Source: Candidatus Eiseniibacteriota bacterium
GTDB lineage: Bacteria > Eisenbacteria > RBG-16-71-46 > SZUA-252
Direction: 5' to 3'
Assembly: GCA_031370645.1 (NCBI GenBank)
Contig: JANMQV010000009.1
Location: forward strand, 2,200 to 66,199
Length of the DNA stretch: 64,000 nucleotides
This document shows, piece by piece, positions 28,270-38,198 of the stretch. Under the pieces are notes generated by a model. The model did not search any database, was not told the DNA's origin, and saw only the letters and a program-made list of their open reading frames with translations. Position 1 is the first letter of the stretch. Each line of letters starts with the position of its first letter. The position numbers and the translations under genes are program-made.

Positions 28270-30165
28270 ATGAGCGGCATTTGCGGCGTCCTGTCCAGGC
28301 CCGGCGGTCCCTCGATCGCTCCCGCGGGCATCGACGCGATGTGCCGGCGGCTTTCCTTGGGAGACGCGGGAGTCGATCCTGTTGTCTGCACGACCCTCTC
28401 GCTCGGCCCCGTGGCGCTCGGCGCTTCCACGTTCGGGCGCCACCGGGGCGGAGTCGGTAGCCTCCAGCACGAGGGGCACACCGTCGCGATCGCGGTGCTC
28501 GGCAGTTTCTACGATCAAGACGCTCCGCGCGCGGCGATCCCCGAACACTTCCTGGCGCGCTACCTGGAGGAGGGAATTCGATTCGTCGAAGGAGTTCGCG
28601 GCGAGGCGACGTTCGCGGTCTGGGACGGTCGGACCGAGGAGCTTCACGTCACGACCGATCGCTTCCGGTTTCACTCCATGTTCACGAGCGACCGGCCCGA
28701 CCAATTCGCGTTCGCCTCCCGGATCGGCGCACTCCTCGCGTCGCCGATCCCGCTTGAGGCCACGCTTCGCCCCGAGGCGATCGTGGATGCCGTCGGTTCT
28801 TCGATCATTCCGACGCCCCACACCGCCTACCGGGAAGTATTCAAATTGCCGCCCGCGCACCGGCTCACGCACCGGGCGGGAAAGATCTCGCTCGCGCCCT
28901 ATTGGGAAATCGACTTTCGAAATCCACGACGGGCGAGCGAAGCGGAGCTGGCGGAAGATCTTCGCGCGCGGTTCTCCGAGGCGATGGCGCGGCGCGTCCG
29001 GGTCGACGGGGAGCCCGAACGGCTCGGCTCGTTCCTGAGCGGCGGCGTCGATAGCAGCACCGTGACGGGGGTCCTTCAACAGGTCTCCGGTCGCCGCATG
29101 AAGAGCTTCTCGATCGGATTCGGGGAAGCGCGCTACAACGAGATCTCGTTCGCTCGTCTCGCCGCCGACGCCCTGAAGTCCGACTACCACGAATACTTCG
29201 TCGTGCCTCGCGACGTCTCCGAAGCGCTACCGACCATTCTCGCGTCGTTCGACGAGCCGTACGCGAATGCTTCGGCGATTCCGACCTATTTCTGCGCGCG
29301 GCTCGCGCGGAAGCACGGCGTGGACGTCCTTTACGCCGGGGACGGAGGGGACGAACTCTTCGCGGGAAACGAACGCTACGCCACGCAGAAACTCTTCGAG
29401 TACTACCGTCGCGTTCCGCGCTGGCTCGGTCGCGGGTTCGTCGAACCGACGGTCGGGGCGCTCGCCGATCTTCTGAAACTCGATCTCTTCGTCAAAGGTC
29501 GAAAGTACATCCGGAGGGCGCTTATCCCGCCGGCGAAGCGGCTGACGTCGTACGATTTCTTCCGGCTCGTCCCGCTCGAGGGGTTCCTGACCCCCGAGTT
29601 CATGGAGCACGTCGGGAAGCAGTACGAGCCCGGGGCCGCGCTGGAGGCACTCCACGGCCGCGCCACCGGGCCGACCGAGTTGGATCGCCAGCTCTACGTC
29701 GATCTCCATCTCACCATCTCCGACAACGACATCGTCAAGGTGACGCGCATGACGGAGGCAGCCGGGGTGACGGTGCGATTTCCGTTCTTGGATCAGGCGT
29801 TCGCCGAGTTTGCCATGACCGTGCCGGCCGGCGTCAAGATGCGGGGCCGAACGCTACGAACCTTCTTCAAGGGGGCGTACGCGGACATCCTTCCGCCGGA
29901 AATCCGGTCGAAGTCGAAACACGGATTCGGGCTCCCGATCGCGGAGTGGCTCCGGACCGATCCGGCGCTCGCGGAGGTGATGAACGATGCGCTCCTGAGC
30001 CCGCGTTCGCTCGCGCGCGGCTATTTCCGACAGGAGGCCCTCGCGGAGCTGCTGAAGCGCCATCGCGAGGACCCCACGTCCTTCTACGGGACCACGCTCT
30101 GGAATCTGGTCATCCTCGAGTTGTGGTTGCGGCGCCAAGAGGAGGAGGGAAGGAACCGGGCGTAA
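28270..30165 (+). CDS. Asparagine synthase (glutamine-hydrolysing)-like amidotransferase, exosortase A system-associated paralog 2
   Basis: MSGICGV N-terminal nucleophile, an SGGVDSS PP-loop and the AsnB C-terminal domain. Confidence 0.85.
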   Translation: MSGICGVLSRPGGPSIAPAGIDAMCRRLSLGDAGVDPVVCTTLSLGPVALGASTFGRHRGGVGSLQHEGHTVAIAVLGSFYDQDAPRAAIPEHFLARYLEEGIRFVEGVRGEATFAVWDGRTEELHVTTDRFRFHSMFTSDRPDQFAFASRIGALLASPIPLEATLRPEAIVDAVGSSIIPTPHTAYREVFKLPPAHRLTHRAGKISLAPYWEIDFRNPRRASEAELAEDLRARFSEAMARRVRVDGEPERLGSFLSGGVDSSTVTGVLQQVSGRRMKSFSIGFGEARYNEISFARLAADALKSDYHEYFVVPRDVSEALPTILASFDEPYANASAIPTYFCARLARKHGVDVLYAGDGGDELFAGNERYATQKLFEYYRRVPRWLGRGFVEPTVGALADLLKLDLFVKGRKYIRRALIPPAKRLTSYDFFRLVPLEGFLTPEFMEHVGKQYEPGAALEALHGRATGPTELDRQLYVDLHLTISDNDIVKVTRMTEAAGVTVRFPFLDQAFAEFAMTVPAGVKMRGRTLRTFFKGAYADILPPEIRSKSKHGFGLPIAEWLRTDPALAEVMNDALLSPRSLARGYFRQEALAELLKRHREDPTSFYGTTLWNLVILELWLRRQEEEGRNRA

Positions 30166-30188
30166 CGGCCGGAACCTTCGCCGGCGAC

Positions 30189-31262
30189 ATGGGCCCTACT
30201 CCGCCACGCTTCCGGGCGCGCCTCTTCGCGTTTGTCGCGCGAATCCTCCATGCCTGCGGCCTCGTCACCCTCGCGCGCCCCCTCGTGAACCGCACGCGGC
30301 TTGTGCTGGGCGCACCGGGGCGGGCGCGGCTCCCGCGTCTCGTCGAGCGTCCCGGGCGAAACGCGCAGATCCTCATCTACCACCGCGTGAACGACGAGGG
30401 TGATCCCTACTTCGGCGGTATTTCCCCCGCTCTCTTCGAGCGACAGATGGCCTACGTCTCGTCACGCTTCACCGTCCTCCCCCTGGAGGAACTTGTGGCG
30501 GCCCTTGGGGCGCGGGCGGTTCCTCCGAATGCCATCGCCGTCACACTCGACGACGGGTACCGCGACAACTACCTCGAGGCGTTTCCCGTCTTCCAGCGCC
30601 ATTCCATCCCCGCGACGATCTTTCTGGCGACGTCGGCCGTCGGGTCGGAGCAGACGCTCTGGCACGACGACGTCTTCTCGGCTTTTCGGGAAACGAAGTC
30701 GCCGACTCTCGACGCGTTCGGTCCGCGCTCGATCGGGGGTTCGCTCGCGAGCGTCGGCGATCGACTACACGTGATGCGCCAAGTCCTCGAAACTGTTCGC
30801 GCCGTTCCGGACGACGAACGCGCCGAAGCCGTCGTGAAACTGCGCGAGGCTCTGAACGTGGGGCCATCCCGCCCCGTTCCGGGTCTCATGCTCACGTGGG
30901 ACGAGGCGCGTGAGATGAGCCGCGGTGGAATCCGCTTCGGCTCGCACACGGTTTCACACCCCATCCTCTCGCGAGTCGATCGTGACCGCGCTCGGCGGGA
31001 GCTCTCGGATTCGAAAGCGGTGATCGAGGAGCGCCTGGGACTTCCGGTGGTCGGATTCGCCTATCCCAACGGGACGCCCGCCGATTTTCGCTCCGAGACG
31101 AAGACCCTCCTGGACGAGTGCGGGTACCGATTCGCCGTGACGACCACCCCAGGCGCGAACGACGAAACGACCGACCGTTTCGAGCTCCGGCGGGGCACCC
31201 CGTGGGACGACGACCTATTTGCATTCGGGGCACGGTTGCTCTACAATAAGTGGCAGTCATGA
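30189..31262 (+). CDS. Polysaccharide deacetylase (NodB-homology domain) family protein
   Basis: ILIYHRV, TLDDGYRDNY, ATIFL and LMLTWDEAREM...GSHTVSHP NodB motifs. Start at the Met 24 nt after the asnB stop. Confidence 0.7.
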   Translation: MGPTPPRFRARLFAFVARILHACGLVTLARPLVNRTRLVLGAPGRARLPRLVERPGRNAQILIYHRVNDEGDPYFGGISPALFERQMAYVSSRFTVLPLEELVAALGARAVPPNAIAVTLDDGYRDNYLEAFPVFQRHSIPATIFLATSAVGSEQTLWHDDVFSAFRETKSPTLDAFGPRSIGGSLASVGDRLHVMRQVLETVRAVPDDERAEAVVKLREALNVGPSRPVPGLMLTWDEAREMSRGGIRFGSHTVSHPILSRVDRDRARRELSDSKAVIEERLGLPVVGFAYPNGTPADFRSETKTLLDECGYRFAVTTTPGANDETTDRFELRRGTPWDDDLFAFGARLLYNKWQS

Positions 31263-31342
31263 ACCAACCTACGCGAGTTTGGCCCGCCGTCGAGCGACTC
31301 CGTCTCGACCCAGTCTTCGCATCCTGAACCGGATCGAATGCG

Positions 31343-32377
31343 GTGCCGCTGAAGATCCGGCCGGCGGACGTACACGCGGACCGAAACGTGATCATCGACT
31401 GCCTCCGCCGCTTCCTGTCGCCCGATGCGGATGCCGGTCGTTACGACTGGCTCTACCTCCAGAGTCCGCACGGACCGGCGGTCGCGTGGATCGCCTTCGA
31501 TGAAACCAGCGGCGAAACGATCGGCGTCGCAAGCGCCTTTCCGCGACGCGCGCTCCTGGACGACTCGGAAACCGTCGCCTGGGTGCTGGGCGACTTCTGC
31601 ATCCACGACCAATACCGCACACTCGGCCCCGCGCTTCAGCTCAATCGCGCCTGCCTCGACGCGGTGGGCCGCGGCGACGCCGCCTTCTGCTACGATTTTC
31701 CGAGTCAGAGCATGATGGCCGTCTATCGCCGCCTGCGCATCGCCCCGCTAGGAAACGTCGTGCGCCACGCTCGCGTCCTTCGGTGGGGGCGCCGGCTCGG
31801 GCAGGCGATTTCGGTCCCCGGCCTTCGCGAGGGAGTGACCGCAATCGCATCGATCGCCGACCTGGCGCCGCCATCGCGCGCGCGGGCACCCGAAGGACTT
31901 GCCGTCGGTCTCCAGACCGAAGCGTGCGGGAGCGAATTCGATGAACTCGACCGCGCGCGACGCGGACGGACGCGAGTCCACCTCGAGCGCTCGGCGGCGC
32001 ATTTGAATTGGCGCTACCGAGGGAAGCCGGGATCGCGCCACGAACTCCTGGCCGCGCGAGACTCCCGAGGGCTACGCGGCTATGCCGTCGTTCTTTCGGA
32101 AGGCTCCGAGGCCTCCATTTCCGACCTGGCCGCTCTCGATGAAGAGGCGGCCCAGGCGCTCCTCGATGAGAGCGCCGTCCATTCGTGGCGGCGGGGAGCG
32201 GTCACGCTGTCGATGTCGGTGTTCGCCTCGCACGCGATCGCACCCGTCTTGCAGCGCAGCGGATTTCGTCCCCGAGAGGAGCGCCCGGTGATCGCGCATG
32301 CCGGTCCCGATCTCGGGCGGCGCCCCGCCTTGCGCGAAGGCGACGTTCCGCTCACGGACGGAGACCGGGAGAGTTGA
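31343..32377 (+). CDS. GNAT/FemAB-like acyltransferase-fold protein (exosortase-locus associated, hypothetical)
   Basis: About 340 aa with weak GNAT-like core (VLGDFCIHDQYR...GPAL). Its position between the deacetylase and ACP matches the XrtA-associated cassette. GTG start. Confidence 0.5.
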   Translation: MPLKIRPADVHADRNVIIDCLRRFLSPDADAGRYDWLYLQSPHGPAVAWIAFDETSGETIGVASAFPRRALLDDSETVAWVLGDFCIHDQYRTLGPALQLNRACLDAVGRGDAAFCYDFPSQSMMAVYRRLRIAPLGNVVRHARVLRWGRRLGQAISVPGLREGVTAIASIADLAPPSRARAPEGLAVGLQTEACGSEFDELDRARRGRTRVHLERSAAHLNWRYRGKPGSRHELLAARDSRGLRGYAVVLSEGSEASISDLAALDEEAAQALLDESAVHSWRRGAVTLSMSVFASHAIAPVLQRSGFRPREERPVIAHAGPDLGRRPALREGDVPLTDGDRES

Positions 32378-32395
32378 TCCCGGCCCGAATCGCTC

Positions 32396-32662
32396 ATGAA
32401 CGCTGACACCACGACCGGACGGATCCGGCACTTCATCCTGAACCAGTTTCCCTTGGCCCGCCAACGCGCCATCGGCGATGACGACCCGCTGCTCCGAACG
32501 GGGATCCTCGATTCGCTCGGCATTCTCGAGGTCGTCGCTTTTATCGAGTCCGAGTTCCAGATCACGGTCGCCGACGAGGAGCTCGTTGCGGAGAGTTTCG
32601 AGTCGATCGCCACGATGGCTCGGTTCGTGGACGGGAAACGCCAGCGCGAGGTCGGCGCGTAG
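32396..32662 (+). CDS. Acyl carrier protein
   Basis: 88 aa. The LDSLGILEVVAFIE motif carries the phosphopantetheine-attachment serine (DSL). Confidence 0.6.
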   Translation: MNADTTTGRIRHFILNQFPLARQRAIGDDDPLLRTGILDSLGILEVVAFIESEFQITVADEELVAESFESIATMARFVDGKRQREVGA

Positions 32663-32675
32663 CCGCCGGGACACC

Positions 32676-34247
32676 GTGGACTTCTTGATCCACCACATGC
32701 TGCGGTCGAGCGCCGCCCGCCTCCCGGAGAAAGAGGCGCTGGTGTGCGGCGATCAGCGCCTTTCGTACGCCGAGGTGTGGGCGCGCGTCCGTGGCCTCGC
32801 CGCGGGAATCCGCCGCGCCGGGATCGAGCGCTCCGATCGCGTCGGGATCTTCCTCGACGCCTCCGTCGAGCAGTCGATCTCGATTTTCGCCGTCTCGCGC
32901 GCCGAGTGCGTCTTCGTGCCGATCAGCGGCGTCTTGCTTCAAGATCAGGTGGCGCACATCGTCCGCGATTGCCGCATGCGATGCCTCATCGTCTCCGCGT
33001 CGAAACTGGAGATCGTGGTGCCGGTACTCTCGTCTATTCCGACGCTGGAGCGGCTCATCGTGGTCGGGGGAAGCGCGCCCGCGGGGACGCCGCTTCCGGC
33101 CGACTCGTACGAGGCGCTCTGCGGCGACGTGCCGGCCTCCGACGCCCCGGAAGCATCGATCGAGAAGGATCTCGCGGCGATCCTCTACACGTCCGGGTCG
33201 ACCGGGAAGCCGAAGGGCGTCATGTTGAGCCACGGGCAGGTGATGGCCGGCGCCACGATCGTCTCGACCTATCTCGAGATCACGGAATCGGAGCGGATCC
33301 TCGCGGTCCTCCCGTTCAGTTTCGATGCCGGCATGAACCAGATCATGACGGCGTTCCAGCGCGGCGCGACAATCGTCCTGAAGCCGTTCGTCTTCGCCCG
33401 CGAGCTGGTGACGGCGCTGAAGAACGAACGGATCACGGGCCTCGCCGGCGTGCCGACGCTCTGGGGTCTCCTCGCCCAGCCGAGCTCGTCGCTCAGCAAG
33501 GGGACCTACCCGCATCTTCGCTACATCACGAACACCGGCGGCGTCATGCCGCAGGACGTCCTCGCCACGCTTCGGGCGGCGCTCCCGACGACGAAGGTCT
33601 TCCTCATGTACGGGCTGACCGAAGCGTTTCGCTCGACCTATCTGCCTCCCTCCGAACTCGACAAGCGACCGACCTCGATGGGGAAGGCGATTCCCGATAC
33701 CGAAATCCTGGTGATCGACGAGAATGGCCGGCGGTGCGGGCCCGGCGAAATCGGCGAACTGGTCCATCGCGGCCCGACGGTGTCGATGGGGTATTGGGGA
33801 CAGCCGGAACTGACGGCGCGCGTGCTCCGACCCCATCCATTCCTTCCGCCGGAGCTCGGCGACACGGAACGGGTCTGCTATTCCGGCGATCTCGTCAAGA
33901 TGGACGAGGACGGCTTCCTCTACTTCATCGGGCGGCGAGACAATATGATCAAGTCGTCCGGATATCGAATCAGTCCGACCGAGGTCGAAGAGGTGCTCTT
34001 CCAGAGCGGAATGGTCCAACTTGCCGCTGTCATCGGCGTCCCGGATCCGATGCTTGGCGCGATCGTCGTCGCCTTCGTCGTGCCGAGCGAAGGAGGGTCG
34101 TTCGACCCCGCTGCGCTCCAGGCCTACTGCTCCGCGAAGATGCCGCCCTACATGTTGCCGAAGACAATCGAGGTCCTCGACCACTTGCCGAAGACGAGCA
34201 GCGGCAAGGTGGACTATCCCGCGCTGCGCCGTCGAACGGGGAGCTGA
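32676..34247 (+). CDS. Acyl-CoA ligase (AMP-forming), exosortase A-associated family (TIGR03098-like)
   Basis: YTSGSTGKPKGV AMP-binding motif, a YGLTE motif, and a C-terminal SSGKVDY lysine motif. GTG start at 32676 after the ACP stop. Confidence 0.8.
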   Translation: MDFLIHHMLRSSAARLPEKEALVCGDQRLSYAEVWARVRGLAAGIRRAGIERSDRVGIFLDASVEQSISIFAVSRAECVFVPISGVLLQDQVAHIVRDCRMRCLIVSASKLEIVVPVLSSIPTLERLIVVGGSAPAGTPLPADSYEALCGDVPASDAPEASIEKDLAAILYTSGSTGKPKGVMLSHGQVMAGATIVSTYLEITESERILAVLPFSFDAGMNQIMTAFQRGATIVLKPFVFARELVTALKNERITGLAGVPTLWGLLAQPSSSLSKGTYPHLRYITNTGGVMPQDVLATLRAALPTTKVFLMYGLTEAFRSTYLPPSELDKRPTSMGKAIPDTEILVIDENGRRCGPGEIGELVHRGPTVSMGYWGQPELTARVLRPHPFLPPELGDTERVCYSGDLVKMDEDGFLYFIGRRDNMIKSSGYRISPTEVEEVLFQSGMVQLAAVIGVPDPMLGAIVVAFVVPSEGGSFDPAALQAYCSAKMPPYMLPKTIEVLDHLPKTSSGKVDYPALRRRTGS

Positions 34248-34249
34248 AC

Positions 34250-35554
34250 GTGGACCACGTCCGAGAGCTCGTGGCACGGCACTTCGGCGAACGCGGCGGA
34301 GAGCTCTTGGTCGGCGGCATGGCGATTCGTGAATTGGCGGAGAAGTTCGGTACGCCGCTCTTCATCTACGACGCCGCCGCCATCGATCGGCAGATCGAGA
34401 ATCTCCGCTCCACCTATCCCGCGCCATTCGAGATCTACTACTCAGTCAAGGCGAACCCCTGTCCCGCGGTGGTCCGCCACTTCGTGGAGCGCGGCCTCGG
34501 GCTCGAGATCGCCTCCGGCGGGGAATTCCACCAGGCGATTCGGGCGGGATGCGCGGCCGATCGAATTCTCTTCGCGGGTCCCGGGAAGAGCGAGCGGGAA
34601 CTCGCCTACGTCCTCGAACACGGAATCGGCGAGATCCATCTCGAGTCGATCCTCGAGGGGAAGCGGGTCGCGTCGATCAGCAAGCGATTGGGAATTCGAA
34701 CGCGAGTCGCGCTTCGAGTCAATCCGGGCGCCGAAGCGCAGGGGGGCGCCATGCGAATGGGCGGGAAGCCGGCCCCGTTTGGCGTGGACGAAGAGCTCCT
34801 CGACGACGTCCTCAATCATTTGCTGGCCGAGTCGTCGCTCGATCTCCAGGGAATCCACCTCTACGCGGGGACGCAGATCCTCGACGACCGGATCCTCGTG
34901 ACGCAGTACCGTCGAGGAATCGAGATCGCCCGGCGCGTTGCCGACCGGATGGGCCGCCCGCTCCGAACGATCGATTTCGGGGGCGGGCTCGGCATTCCCT
35001 ACTTCCCGAGCGAGTCGCCGCTGCCCCTCGCGCCGCTTGCGGAGGGTCTCGCGGTGATGGTGAAGGAGCTCCAGCCGGATGCTCGATTCGCGGGCACGCG
35101 TTTCATCATCGAACCGGGCCGCTATCTCGTCGGCGAAGCGGGGATCTACGTCACGCGCGTGAACGACATGAAGGTCTCGCGCGGGAAGACGTTTCTCGTC
35201 GTCGACGGCGGAATGAATCACCACTTGGCGGCGTCGGGAAATCTCGGCCAGGTCATCAAACGGAATTTCCCGGCCGCGATCTTGAATCGTCTTCAGGGCG
35301 ATTCAACGCTGAAGGCCGACGTTGTCGGCCCGCTCTGCACGCCGCTCGACGTCATTGCCCGCGACCTTCCGCTTCCCGCCGCCGAGGTAGGGGATCTGTT
35401 CGGAATCTTCCAGTCGGGAGCCTACGGCCGCTCGGCGAGCCCACTCGGATTCCTGAGCCAGCCTACGCCCGCGGAAGTGCTGGTCCGAAACGGGGAGGCG
35501 ATCCTGGCGCGTCGCGCCGGAACGTTCGAAGAGACCCTTGGAGACGTCCCCTGA
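34250..35554 (+). CDS. Pyridoxal-dependent decarboxylase, exosortase A system-associated (Orn/DAP/Arg decarboxylase fold-III family, TIGR03099-like)
   Basis: FEIYYSVKANPCPAVV (PLP lysine), a GGGLGIPYF motif, and EPGRYLVGEAG. It is the 3' third of ORF 32744..35554. GTG start 3 nt after the ligase stop. Confidence 0.8.
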   Translation: MDHVRELVARHFGERGGELLVGGMAIRELAEKFGTPLFIYDAAAIDRQIENLRSTYPAPFEIYYSVKANPCPAVVRHFVERGLGLEIASGGEFHQAIRAGCAADRILFAGPGKSERELAYVLEHGIGEIHLESILEGKRVASISKRLGIRTRVALRVNPGAEAQGGAMRMGGKPAPFGVDEELLDDVLNHLLAESSLDLQGIHLYAGTQILDDRILVTQYRRGIEIARRVADRMGRPLRTIDFGGGLGIPYFPSESPLPLAPLAEGLAVMVKELQPDARFAGTRFIIEPGRYLVGEAGIYVTRVNDMKVSRGKTFLVVDGGMNHHLAASGNLGQVIKRNFPAAILNRLQGDSTLKADVVGPLCTPLDVIARDLPLPAAEVGDLFGIFQSGAYGRSASPLGFLSQPTPAEVLVRNGEAILARRAGTFEETLGDVP

Positions 35555-35600
35555 CCGCTGGAGGGATCGTGCCGGGGCAAACGGGTTGAAGCAAGTTCTC

Positions 35601-36830
35601 ATGATCGCCTATCACTATCCTCCGCTTCGGGGGAGTAGCGGAATTCAGCGGACGCTTGCGTTCTCGCGCGATCTTCGCGAATTCGGATGGCAGCCGATCG
35701 TCCTGTCGGCCAACCCGCGCGCCTATCCCGGAACCGGCGCCGACCAGCTGCGCGATATCCCTGCGGATGTTCCCGTCTACCGCCCCTTCGCACTCGATAC
35801 GTCGCGGCACCTGTCGATCCGTGGCGCCTATCCGCAGGCGCTCGCGCTCCCCGATCGGTGGTCGAGCTGGCTCCTCGGCGCGGTGCCCGCGGGGTGGGGC
35901 ATCATTCGCCGGCATCGGCCCGACGTCATCTGGTCGACCTATCCGATCGCCACGGCCCACTTGATCGGTCTCTGGCTGCAGCGACTCTCCGGGCTCCCCT
36001 GGGTCGCCGATTTTCGCGACTCCATGACGGAGGCCAACTTTCCGCCGGACCCCACGCTTCGCCGCGTCCGCCAAGACCTCGAACGGAAAACCGTGGAGCG
36101 CGCGTCGCGATCCGTGTTCACGACGCCCGGCGCCCGGCGTATGTATGCGGAGCGCTACCCGAACCTCTCGGCGGAGCGATGGACCGTGATCCCGAACGGA
36201 TACGACGAGGGGCCGTTTCACGACGCGGAGGGCGCCGCCGGACCGACGCGGGCCGAGGGAGCGCCGACCGTGCTCGTCCACAGCGGGCTCCTCTATCCCA
36301 ACGAGCGAGATCCCCGCGCGTTTTTCGATGCGCTGGCGTCGCTACGGCGCCAAGGGGCGGTCTCGTCGAGCACGTTGCAGGTCGTCCTCCGGGCAACCGG
36401 CTTCGACGATCCGTACCGTCCCATGCTGCGCGAGCGGGGAATCGAAGATCTCGTGCGTCTCGAGCCGCCGCTCGGTTACCGCGCCGCGCTCGCCGAGATG
36501 CTCGCCGCCGACGGGCTTCTCCTCTTCCAGGCCGCGAACTGCAATCATCAGATCCCGGCGAAGGTCTACGAGTACCTTCGGGCGCGACGACCGATCTTCG
36601 CCATGACCGACTCCGGCGGCGACACCGCGCGCGTCCTCCGAGAAGCGGGAGTCGACAGCATCGTCCCGCTCGATTCCGCGGAGAAGATCGCTCAGGGTCT
36701 GTCGACCTTCCTCGACGCGCTCCGCCGGAAGGCCGCAGCGGTGCCCGGGCCCGAAGTGGTCGACCGCTATTCTCGTCGCGCGCGGGCACGCGAGCTCGCG
36801 GCGCTTCTCGATTCGATCACCGGAGGCTGA
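35601..36830 (+). CDS. Glycosyltransferase (GT4-like), exosortase-locus associated
   Basis: MIAYHYPPLRGSSGIQRTLAFSRDL N-terminus, with a GT-B C-terminal region. Confidence 0.65.
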   Translation: MIAYHYPPLRGSSGIQRTLAFSRDLREFGWQPIVLSANPRAYPGTGADQLRDIPADVPVYRPFALDTSRHLSIRGAYPQALALPDRWSSWLLGAVPAGWGIIRRHRPDVIWSTYPIATAHLIGLWLQRLSGLPWVADFRDSMTEANFPPDPTLRRVRQDLERKTVERASRSVFTTPGARRMYAERYPNLSAERWTVIPNGYDEGPFHDAEGAAGPTRAEGAPTVLVHSGLLYPNERDPRAFFDALASLRRQGAVSSSTLQVVLRATGFDDPYRPMLRERGIEDLVRLEPPLGYRAALAEMLAADGLLLFQAANCNHQIPAKVYEYLRARRPIFAMTDSGGDTARVLREAGVDSIVPLDSAEKIAQGLSTFLDALRRKAAAVPGPEVVDRYSRRARARELAALLDSITGG

Positions 36831-36843
36831 CCGAGGAGCATTC

Positions 36844-38157
36844 ATGCGCGACTATCTCGTGCTGGCCATCATCCTTCTCGGGGCGCCGCTCGCCCTCTTC
36901 CGGCCGTATCTCGGCATCCTCTGGTGGTGCTGGATCAGCTACATGAATCCCCACCGCCTTACGTGGGGGATCGCCTACAACTTCCCGGCCGCCATGGTGA
37001 TCGGCGGCGCCACGCTGGCGGGGCTCCTCTTCACCAAGGATCGAACGAAGGTCCCGTTCGAGCGAGAGACGATCCTTCTCATCATTCTCTACATCCTGTT
37101 CGTCGTGACGACGAACTTCGCCCTCGCTCCTATTTCAGCGTGGAGCCGCTTCACGGAAATCTCGAAGATTCTCCTGATGACGGTCGCCACGATGGCGCTC
37201 GTCACCTCGCGGCATCGGTTCCGGACGTTTCTTTTGGTGATCGCCTTGTCGGTCGGATTCTTCGGCGCGAAGGGAGGCCTCTTCAGCCTTCGGGGCGGCG
37301 GCGTGGACCGAATCTACGGCCCCCCGGGCTCGTTCCTCGAGGACAACAATGATCTGGCGCTCGCCATCGTCATGGTGCTTCCGCTGCTCTTCTACCTGAC
37401 CCGCGACGAACCTCGAGCCTGGTTCCGGTGGGTGTTGCGAGGGACGGGCCTTCTTTCGATTCTCACCGTCATCTTCACCTACTCGCGCGGAGGGTTCGTC
37501 GGGCTCGCGGCTATCGCGGGGTGGTCGCTTCTGAAGTCGAAGAAGAAGTTTTTGGCGGTGATTCTGCTCGCGCTCGCGGTCGGAGTCGGATTCTTCTTCG
37601 TGCCGACGCAGTGGGTGGATCGAATGCAGACGATCGGCGACGTCGCGGACGAGTCGGCGCAAGGGCGGATCAACGCCTGGATGTTCGCCTACAATCTCGC
37701 TTCCGCCCGGCTCTTCGGCGGAGGCTTCGATGTCTGGTCGCCCGACCTCTTTCTCAGATACGCGCCGAATCCGACGGATTTTCACGCCGCTCACAGCATC
37801 TATTTCGAAATGCTCGGCGAGCAGGGCTTCATCGGGCTCGGACTCTTCCTGGCCATCCTCGCCTCTTCGATCTTCAGTTTGCAGGGACTACGTCGCTACC
37901 GACACTGGCCGGAGATGCGGTGGGTATCGGACTACGCCGACATGCTGCAGATCGCCTTGATCGGCTACGTCACGAGCGGGGCGTTTCTCGGGCGCGCGAA
38001 CTTCGACCTCTACTACCACTTGATCGCCGCCACGATCATCTTGAAAGCGCTCGCGAAACGGGAGGCGTGGGCTCTCTCGCAGGCCGCCGCGGAGCCGGAG
38101 CCCGCGTCCGAGATTCCCGCGCTGTCCCAGCCCGTGCCGGGACTACAACCGGGGTGA
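36844..38157 (+). CDS. O-antigen ligase-like / putative O-glycosylation ligase, exosortase A system-associated (TIGR03097-like, Wzy_C family)
   Basis: About 10-12 TM helices and a Wzy_C-type loop (FTYSRGGFVGLAAIAGWSLL...HSIYFEMLGEQG). GAGGAG RBS. Confidence 0.75.
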   Translation: MRDYLVLAIILLGAPLALFRPYLGILWWCWISYMNPHRLTWGIAYNFPAAMVIGGATLAGLLFTKDRTKVPFERETILLIILYILFVVTTNFALAPISAWSRFTEISKILLMTVATMALVTSRHRFRTFLLVIALSVGFFGAKGGLFSLRGGGVDRIYGPPGSFLEDNNDLALAIVMVLPLLFYLTRDEPRAWFRWVLRGTGLLSILTVIFTYSRGGFVGLAAIAGWSLLKSKKKFLAVILLALAVGVGFFFVPTQWVDRMQTIGDVADESAQGRINAWMFAYNLASARLFGGGFDVWSPDLFLRYAPNPTDFHAAHSIYFEMLGEQGFIGLGLFLAILASSIFSLQGLRRYRHWPEMRWVSDYADMLQIALIGYVTSGAFLGRANFDLYYHLIAATIILKALAKREAWALSQAAAEPEPASEIPALSQPVPGLQPG

Positions 38158-38198
38158 GCAGCACCGGCGACAAACCGAGCGCCGGCTGAGGAAGGGAA

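Noticed and set aside
32744-35554. Single 936-aa ORF spanning the ligase and decarboxylase genes
   Set aside because: Its first roughly 500 aa are an out-of-frame, Arg/Pro/Gly-rich read-through of the AMP-ligase gene with no protein-like composition. Only the last 434 aa (from GTG 34250) are protein-like, carrying PLP-decarboxylase motifs and a start 3 nt after the ligase stop.
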